Of a stretch of DNA of 64,000 bases, positions 56,666 through 64,000 are shown in pieces. Source of the stretch: Pachysolen tannophilus NRRL Y-2460 (Eukaryota); NCBI GenBank assembly GCA_001661245.1, contig KV454018.1, forward strand, positions 307,944 to 371,943, given 5' to 3'. The stretch's first letter is position 1. Every line of letters starts with the position of its first letter. A model generated the notes under the pieces. It did not search any database. It was not told where the DNA came from and worked only from the letters and a program-made list of their open reading frames with translations. The position numbers and the translations under genes are program-made.

Positions 56666-58669
56666 ATGACATCGTTAAATGGTAATAAATTAGTTCCCAT
56701 AGCGCCTGCTATGGGTATAAGTGATAGCAATAATGGTGGTAATAATCATATTGGAAATGATAGTACGGCGGGTACGCCATCTCAAAAAATGTCTATATCC
56801 CCTTCCCAACAACTCCAATCTCCACCAGAGAACCAGGATACAACAACCTCATTAACATCGGGGACTCCAGTGTTTCAGCAGCATAATCAGCAGAATAATC
56901 AGCAACATCAACTGTTGGATCAAAGACTGCAGAGTGAAGAGGTACTGAAGGAGAAAAGTAAAAGGCGTAAAGTGGATATTGCTTGTGTTTATTGTCGGAG
57001 ATCACATATGATTTGTGATGACTCAAGACCATGTCAGAGGTGTATAAAGAGAAACATTGGGCATCTTTGCCATGATGAGCCTGTAAGTACAAGGCAAAAG
57101 AAAAGATATGAGGCAAAACAAGCAAAACATGGTCATCAGGTGTCACCAGCTAATTTAGAAGGAGTATCTACAACTTCAGATTTTAATAATACGCAGAAAA
57201 CAACAACAACCACAACAACTTTATTTTTGAATAATAATCAAAGCACAATGTATAATAGAAATAATGACAATCATCGTAATGACAATAAGGAAAGCAATGG
57301 AAATGATAATGATTCGATAACACAAAAAAATGGATCTTCAGAAACAATTCAAAATAACGGTAATAATTACAATAATCCAGCAGTTCCCAATGATTCTAAT
57401 CCACCTCCTCCTCTTCAACAACTTACTGGAAATCAGACCCAAAATGGTAGTGGTAATAACTTATTTTTAAGTCAGCAACCAGTTTTCTTTTCAGAGCATG
57501 CTGGAAGTGAATTTAGTTCATTGAATGAGTTTTTGCAAATGATTGATGATCCAGAGTTTTTAATTTCAATGAATAATGATCCCATCTTACAAAATATTGA
57601 TAATTCCTTGTTAACACACAATAATTCTACGGCCAACCTTCAACAAATGGGTACTAACGGTAATGGTGTATCAAACTCGTTATTTGGAGCACCTACACCT
57701 GCACCTGTATCCGCACCCGTATCCGCACAACAACAACCTCATAATTCACAATTCAATGATAATGGCAATTTATCGTTTTCTCCACTTTTCCAATCATCCA
57801 CTAATTTAAATCAGTTAAACTCTGGAGGTAATAATTATCTGCAGTCGCCTCTGCAAACGCAACAACTTCATGATCAACTCCAGCAGCAATCGCAACAGAA
57901 TCCAAGTCAACAGCTGTCGCATCCTTTAGGTGCATCAGCATCGTCGGGAAATCGGACAGCTCCAACTTCGTCACAGGGACCACAACAGCCACACGCAGTT
58001 CCATTTGTATCTGATAGTGCAAGAGATAAATTTTTCTTGACAGCGGCAGATCCAACTACAGATTTCTCAGCAGAGGAAAGATTAAAACAGGTTATTAATG
58101 CAAAATTAGAAGCAGGATTATTGAAACCTTATAATTACGCAGAAGGGTATGCAAGATTACAAAGATATATGGATAGTCATATGAACCCATCTTCAAGACA
58201 ACGAATTTTGAAACCGTTATCAGTTTTTAGGCCAGCTTTTAGGGCAATTGCTAAAACATTAAAAGATATTGATTTGATATTGGTAGAAGAAAGTTTTGAA
58301 AGAATGCTACTTGATTACGATAGAGTTTTCACTTCAATGGCCATCCCTGCGTGTCTTTGGAGAAGAACTGGTGAGATTTACAGAGGAAATAAAGAATTTG
58401 CTTCTTTAGTTGAGGTTTCCATTGATGATTTAAAAAATGGTAAATTAACTATTTATGAATTGATGAGCGAGGAAAGTAGTGTTAATTTTTGGGAGAAATA
58501 TGGTTCAATTGCCTTTGATAAGACCCAAAAGGCAGTTTTAACCAGTTGTAAGTTGAAGACAAAAGATGGTAGAAAGAAGAAAAACTGTTGTTTCAGTTTT
58601 ACTATCAGAAGAGATAGATACAACATTCCAAGTTGTATTGTAGGTAACTTTATACCTATCTCTGAATAA
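56666..58669 (+). CDS. RDS2: Zn2Cys6 transcription factor, Rds2/Cwt1 family with PAS-like C-terminus
   Basis: ACVYCRRSHMICDDSRPCQRCIKRNIGHLC, SEHAGSEFSSL, FFLTAADP, PACLWRRTGEI; divergent from COX11. Confidence 0.9.
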   Translation: MTSLNGNKLVPIAPAMGISDSNNGGNNHIGNDSTAGTPSQKMSISPSQQLQSPPENQDTTTSLTSGTPVFQQHNQQNNQQHQLLDQRLQSEEVLKEKSKRRKVDIACVYCRRSHMICDDSRPCQRCIKRNIGHLCHDEPVSTRQKKRYEAKQAKHGHQVSPANLEGVSTTSDFNNTQKTTTTTTTLFLNNNQSTMYNRNNDNHRNDNKESNGNDNDSITQKNGSSETIQNNGNNYNNPAVPNDSNPPPPLQQLTGNQTQNGSGNNLFLSQQPVFFSEHAGSEFSSLNEFLQMIDDPEFLISMNNDPILQNIDNSLLTHNNSTANLQQMGTNGNGVSNSLFGAPTPAPVSAPVSAQQQPHNSQFNDNGNLSFSPLFQSSTNLNQLNSGGNNYLQSPLQTQQLHDQLQQQSQQNPSQQLSHPLGASASSGNRTAPTSSQGPQQPHAVPFVSDSARDKFFLTAADPTTDFSAEERLKQVINAKLEAGLLKPYNYAEGYARLQRYMDSHMNPSSRQRILKPLSVFRPAFRAIAKTLKDIDLILVEESFERMLLDYDRVFTSMAIPACLWRRTGEIYRGNKEFASLVEVSIDDLKNGKLTIYELMSEESSVNFWEKYGSIAFDKTQKAVLTSCKLKTKDGRKKKNCCFSFTIRRDRYNIPSCIVGNFIPISE

Positions 58670-59179
58670 ATGACAATTTTTCATTCAGAATTTTTTCTTT
58701 ATATTTTTTTTTTTTTTTCTTTCCCTTTTATTTTTCTTTCATAACTCTTTTGTAATTTTATATAATTTCATGCTGGCATCGGTTTATTTGTAACGATATT
58801 GTGATAATCTGAGTTAATGTTTTTACTTTTAGTTTAATTCAAAAAAAAAATTATAGTTCCAATTTGCTTCATGTTGTCGCTTGTTGTATCAAGGGGCGTG
58901 CGTGTAAAAAGTGAAATCTGAAATCTGGAGAAAAAACATTGTTCGGACAGCCTTCGCCAGGACATCATCACCTCACCTCACTTCACGCCATTGAATAAGT
59001 TCGGTAGGTTTATGGCAGCTGCTCTTTTGTGTGTTTTTTTTTTCCGTCAATTGGTGGTGATTGAGAGCCATTGTTTATATTTTTTTTTTCTTATTTTTTT
59101 TTTTTTTAATTGGTGTTGTTGATTGGGATTTGTGAATTGAAACATTTCACTGGGAGAAATTGATCAATCGGGTGGATAA

Positions 59180-60439
59180 ATGTTTAAAACAATGAATAGG
59201 TTTGTGCCTAATGGGAATTGGGTTCGGATGCTTTCTACAAAAGTTTCAACTTCAAGTAGAACGATTATAGTGACTCCTGGCCAAGGTATATTTAAAAAAG
59301 AATCAATTGAGTTTTTAACCAAATATTTGAAATCGACTGATGAAGATTCAATTATTAGTCCTACGTTACATGAGAATGTTAATAATTTAATGGAGACATC
59401 TAACAAGGTATGTGGTTTTAATATTTCCAAATATTTGACAGATTTGGACAATTTAAGTGGATCTGATTTACAGAAAACTTCAATTCAACAACCTTTAATG
59501 ATCTTAACCGATCTGATTATTAATCAAATTTTAAAAGATCAATTTGAATTAGATATTTATGATGATGAAAAATATCAAGTTGATTATACTCTAGGTCATT
59601 CTTTAGGTGAAATTACAAATCTAGTTTTACAAGAAACCATCTCATTTGAAGATGGTATTAAATTAGCTCATGAGAGAGGGATATTAATGGAAAAATTAAT
59701 AGGTGATGTTTTATCTAAGAAAAATGAAGGTTATAAAATGTATGTATTAATGGTAAGACCACAATTATTTGATGCAACTCTTTTTTTTTTAAAACAAAAT
59801 AAAGATATAAATATTTCCAATATCAATTCTTCAGAACAGATTGTGATTTCTGGTTTAAATTCAGATGTCTTAAAAGCTATAAATGGTTTAAAATCATGTT
59901 TAAAAAATCATGATTCAAAATTTAAACTTAAACCTATTGATTTAAATGTTGAAATTCCTTTCCATAACGCTATTTTAAAGCCAATTGTTAAAGATTTAAA
60001 CAATATGATAATTAATGATGATATTAAGAGTGTAGCCCCGTTAACTAGATGGTTACCAATCCCGCTGATTTCAAATCTCGATGGTTCAATAAATAAAAAT
60101 TCATCTGATTATATTGCCAAAATACTTGCAGTTACATATCAAACAATAGATTTTAAGAAATGCCTAGAGACAATTTTACTGAAAGCTGAAACTGAAGCCC
60201 TTGCAACCGATAATAACCATGAAAATTATGGTATTTCAACTTTAAATTTTATTAATTTTGGACCTGGAAACGTTACCAAAAACTTAATAAGCAGATTTTT
60301 CAAAAATAATGATAACGAACTAAACAGATTGAAATTAACAATTAATAATTACTCATTGGATAGCGATGATAATATCCATGAGTTTGTTTGTGCGTTTCGT
60401 AAATTAAAGAAACCAAAACAAAAACAAGAAATTTTTTGA
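59180..60439 (+). CDS. MCT1: Mitochondrial malonyl-CoA:ACP transacylase
   Basis: PGQG, QQP, GHSLGE, RG.LM, N.NS..QIVISG, PFH, FGPG. Confidence 0.85.
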   Translation: MFKTMNRFVPNGNWVRMLSTKVSTSSRTIIVTPGQGIFKKESIEFLTKYLKSTDEDSIISPTLHENVNNLMETSNKVCGFNISKYLTDLDNLSGSDLQKTSIQQPLMILTDLIINQILKDQFELDIYDDEKYQVDYTLGHSLGEITNLVLQETISFEDGIKLAHERGILMEKLIGDVLSKKNEGYKMYVLMVRPQLFDATLFFLKQNKDINISNINSSEQIVISGLNSDVLKAINGLKSCLKNHDSKFKLKPIDLNVEIPFHNAILKPIVKDLNNMIINDDIKSVAPLTRWLPIPLISNLDGSINKNSSDYIAKILAVTYQTIDFKKCLETILLKAETEALATDNNHENYGISTLNFINFGPGNVTKNLISRFFKNNDNELNRLKLTINNYSLDSDDNIHEFVCAFRKLKKPKQKQEIF

Positions 60440-61045
60440 CAATGATTACCATCAAATACAATTTTTTTTTACAACATAATATAGAAAATAATCATTTACT
60501 TATAATTCAATATTCACTTCAACAAACCATCATTCTTCAATCAAGATCTGTAGTCATACTATAAAAGAATATGAATAATACTCATCTGGAGTCCGAAAAG
60601 GAGAGGTAGTCAACCGTCTTTCTCTTTCTCTTTCTCTTGCTTGACCTTGAGATGCCTTCTTCTTTCTATCCGGTGAGCAAGAGCTTTTCTTTTTCTGACT
60701 GGACTGCAGACTGCAAGGGCCATCCATCCATCCTTCCATCCCCTTTACAAACAGGGGCGGGACTTCTTTTCTCTAGGAAATAGTATTGTACTTCCAATGG
60801 TTTCCCCGGACCCTCTCCGAACCGGTTGCATAGTTGAGAAGAGCCATTAAACGGCGGGCGGCGGTGGCGGCAGTTTAATATAAAGCTGGAGGAGAAGATA
60901 TTACAAGATACGTCTTATATATATATATATCTATATATTTGACATTAAATTAGGAATTGTCATTTGTTCTTTCTCTTGTTTAATTTTTTTTTACGATCAT
61001 ATTCGCTTGTGTGAAATAATAATTAGTGATAGTTAGTCTGGGAAA

Positions 61046-61690
61046 ATGTCAGGTTCATCTGTAGAGGAAGAAACTAAGAAAGTTGCGGAATCAGTTTTGC
61101 CGTCATCTTCAGATGATACAACAGATTCATCATTGAGATATGCTGCTTATGCCAATAGGTTCAGGACAATCTTGTTGGCCTCGCATAGGTACATTGCTTA
61201 TTCTTCTGATATTGGTGAAAGTTTTAGACCTGTTGCCCACCCTTATTTGGTTAAATCAGGTTATCTCATTTCTTGGACTTATGTATTAGGTGATGTTGCT
61301 TTTGAAGGTTGGAAGGCAAAATTAAGAAAAGAAGGTAAATATATTCCAGGTTTGAGACCTTGGGATAAAGTACCTGAGGCCAGTCCATTGGCAATTGCAG
61401 CAGCCAAAGATGAACCAGATTATAAATTTACAATGATTAAAAGAGGTGTATTCCAAAGTATTGCATCTATGGGATTACCAGCATTTACAATCCATTCCTC
61501 GGTCAGATATTCTTCACTTTTATTTAAAAATTCCTCAAATAAGTTTTTGAAAACTTGGGGACCAGTTGGTGTAGGTTTGGCAATTGTTCCATTATTACCA
61601 ACTTTTTTCGATGAACCGGTAGAACATGCTGTTGACTATATTTTTGACGAGGGAGCTAAATATTTCAATACAAAGGCAAAGGTTGAATAA
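61046..61690 (+). CDS. Mitochondrial fission process protein 1 (MTP18/MTFP1 family)
   Basis: LRYAAYANR, RYIAYSSDIGESFRPVAHP, YVLGD, FQSIASMGLPAFTIH, FDEPVEHAVD. Confidence 0.85.
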   Translation: MSGSSVEEETKKVAESVLPSSSDDTTDSSLRYAAYANRFRTILLASHRYIAYSSDIGESFRPVAHPYLVKSGYLISWTYVLGDVAFEGWKAKLRKEGKYIPGLRPWDKVPEASPLAIAAAKDEPDYKFTMIKRGVFQSIASMGLPAFTIHSSVRYSSLLFKNSSNKFLKTWGPVGVGLAIVPLLPTFFDEPVEHAVDYIFDEGAKYFNTKAKVE

Positions 61691-62061
61691 ATCACATTTT
61701 AAACCTTGATTCAAATTATTCACCTCTTTGGAAGCTTCTCTTGTAATAATGCCTATTTATAGCATACTTCCTTTCTTGTTGCTTTATCTCCCTATCTCAC
61801 TATTACTCTTACTCTTACTCTCACACATTTATAAACACTATGTGTGTGTATATGTGTCGGTCGGTAATCGGAGATTATTTCTTTTTCTTTTTCCGCTTGT
61901 GTTTTGAAAAATTGAAATTTTTTTTTTTTTTTATTCTTTTTTTTTAGCTTTTTTAGCTTTTTTGGTTGATGTTGTTGATGTGTCTAAACAAGAGTTTATA
62001 TATATTAAATACGAATTTATATATTCCCTCTTAAGATTTCGAGTTTGAATGAAGTGAGATA

Positions 62062-63096
62062 ATGTTTGGTTTTTTAAGTAAAGAGGAAATAAAACCTAGT
62101 GTGAAGAAAGATTTAGGTCCAAAAATTTATGAACCTTTTGAAAAACCACTTGATGGCTTAAAATCGACTCCACGCGACCCATTAACTCTAGATCAAGAGA
62201 AACAATATTTGGAAGTTTTGAATCATTTTTTAAATGATGAATTATCATTACCAGTACGAGAAAAACCAGAAGATTCTTTGGAGTTAAGAAAATTAACCTA
62301 TGATGAAAAATCATGGTTAACAAGAGATTGTATATTAAGATATATTAGAGCATGTAATTGGAAACTTTCAGATGCTATCAAGAGACTTGAAAATTCATTG
62401 ATTTGGAGAAGAGATTTTGGTATATCAGGTGGAGAGTTTCAAACTTTAACTGAAGATGTTGTAGCGATAGAGAATGAAACAGGGAAACAATTAATTTTTG
62501 GTTATGATAATGGTTGTAGGCCATGTCTTTTTTTAAGAAATGGGAAACAAAATACAAAAGCTTCATTTAGACAAATTCAACATTTAATATTTATGTTAGA
62601 ATCAGTAATTGATTTTATGCCACCAGGTGAAGATAATTTAGCTTTATGTGTTGATTTTAAAGCATACCCAGAAATTTCTATTAAAGGTGCAAATATGCCA
62701 TCAGTAAGTGTTGGTAAACAAATTTTACATATTTTACAATACCATTACCCAGAAAGATTAGGAAGAGCATTATTTGTTAATATTCCATGGTATGCTAGAA
62801 TTTTCTTGGATATTTGTTACCCATTTGTTGATCCATATACAAAACAAAAAATTTCATTTGATAAACCATTTTCTGAATTCATTCCATTAGCACAATTAGG
62901 AGTTGAATATGATGGTGATGCTAATTTCGAATATGTTCATGAGAAATATTGGCTGCTGCTTAATAGAATTAAAGATACAAAGAGAAAACATTATATGGAT
63001 AGATTTGAAAAATTGGGTGCCACTATTGGTTTAAACGAATTGGATTTAAGAAGTGATGCACCAATTGTGGATGGAAAAGTTATTTATAAACAATAG
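62062..63096 (+). CDS. Sec14/CRAL-TRIO phosphatidylinositol transfer protein (Pdr16/Pdr17 type)
   Basis: WLTRDCILRYIRA, ENETGKQ, LQYHYPERLGRA, PFVDPYTKQK. Confidence 0.9.
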   Translation: MFGFLSKEEIKPSVKKDLGPKIYEPFEKPLDGLKSTPRDPLTLDQEKQYLEVLNHFLNDELSLPVREKPEDSLELRKLTYDEKSWLTRDCILRYIRACNWKLSDAIKRLENSLIWRRDFGISGGEFQTLTEDVVAIENETGKQLIFGYDNGCRPCLFLRNGKQNTKASFRQIQHLIFMLESVIDFMPPGEDNLALCVDFKAYPEISIKGANMPSVSVGKQILHILQYHYPERLGRALFVNIPWYARIFLDICYPFVDPYTKQKISFDKPFSEFIPLAQLGVEYDGDANFEYVHEKYWLLLNRIKDTKRKHYMDRFEKLGATIGLNELDLRSDAPIVDGKVIYKQ

Positions 63097-63227
63097 ATAT
63101 AGTACATTTAACATAAAATGAAATGATAAATAAAAAAAAGTTATACATATAGACAAACGGATAACAACGAAATAGAAGTTTTTTTTTTTTTTTTTTTACT
63201 TAAGCAAAAAGAATGAAGAAAATTAAT

Positions 63228-63674
63228 CTAACCGCGGCGAATGAGAATATAAACATTTTCCTGTTTCAAACTTGACAAAGTTCTGTAGTCACCATCAATA
63301 CACATCAACAAGCCTCCAAATGAGATATATACACTTATATTATCATTTGAACCTTCTTCAAATTTATAAACCGTCCCATGCATCACGTAATCGTACTCGT
63401 CAGCAAGCGATCTTTCGTCAGATTTTGGAGGTCTCCAACTAGCAACATTCCCCGTCATCGGCTCATCTATATCCTCTTCATCAACAGAAAGAGACTTGGC
63501 CAAAGCAATTGTTAACGTGTCATTCTCACTAACTGGAAACAATTCTGAATTTATATCTAATGTGATCGTTGTCTCTTTTGTAGTCGAAGTTGCCTCGATA
63601 CGTGAAACTTTGTTATATCTCGCAGAATCCACACTCTTTACTTGAAGTGTATCGTCAAATAGCGTCGATGACAT
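63228..63674 (-). CDS. RPB8: RNA polymerase I/II/III shared subunit Rpb8
   Basis: [38 protein letters not shown] at 63674; RRPE TGAAAAATTTT at 63796. Confidence 0.97.
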   Translation of the reverse strand: MSSTLFDDTLQVKSVDSARYNKVSRIEATSTTKETTITLDINSELFPVSENDTLTIALAKSLSVDEEDIDEPMTGNVASWRPPKSDERSLADEYDYVMHGTVYKFEEGSNDNISVYISFGGLLMCIDGDYRTLSSLKQENVYILIRRG

Positions 63675-64000
63675 AGTCCCTAATAATTCCACAAAAAATA
63701 TATCTCTCTAGTTCCTCCAAAAAGATCTCCTGCTCTTTGGCTTAACAACTTCTTTAATCTTCAATTACTACCGCTTATTTCTTAAAACTTCAATTTGAAA
63801 AATTTTATACCTTGGGAAACAAATCAGTTTCCTAATTAGGAAGGTAGAGAAATAGGTAATTTAAAAAAAAAAAACCGACTTCCGGATCGGGAAACCAAAG
63901 GACAAAACAAACAAAAAAAGAACAAAATAAGCTTGCTTGCCTAATGAGGAAGGTAATGTACTGATTTGGACAACTTAGTTTTTTAAATTAAAAAAACAAT

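Noticed and set aside
1..64000. Transposons, LTRs, CRISPR arrays, rRNA or centromere-like repeats
   Set aside because: No gag/pol/transposase ORFs, terminal repeats or repeat-spacer arrays seen; short solo LTRs cannot be excluded by eye.

Overview
AT-rich budding-yeast (Saccharomycotina) chromosomal DNA with about 32 protein-coding genes, one intron-containing tRNA-Phe(GAA) and two assembly gaps. Order: MRPL44, RRP36, RDL-type rhodanese, ELP4, FSH hydrolase, FMP42, BUL-type adaptor, an ARMH3/DUF1741-like protein, UGP1, a fungal P-loop/AAA-like protein, HOS3, TOA1, SLK19-like, BEM3. Then comes an extended galactose cluster (HGT1-type transporter, GAL7, GAL102/ORF-X NDP-glucose 4,6-dehydratase, GAL1, GAL10) capped by tRNA-Phe. 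After it: OST1, RRP7, GIP3/HER1-like, RPL5, RCN2-like, COX11, RDS2, MCT1, MTP18, PDR16/17-like and RPB8. In-frame CTG codons fall at non-Leu positions, pointing to a reassigned genetic code, most likely CUG=Ala (Pachysolen/Nakazawaea clade). The supplied translations are therefore probably wrong at CTG. Five spliceosomal introns missed by the ORF track were reconstructed (MRPL44, BUL, TOA1 x2, GAL102). By eye, the GAL promoters lack Gal4 sites but share a GTRACRTT motif plus Mig1- and Rgt1-like sites. The second GAL1 5' copy is probably an assembly artefact. All gene names come from recalled family motifs and synteny; no searches were run.
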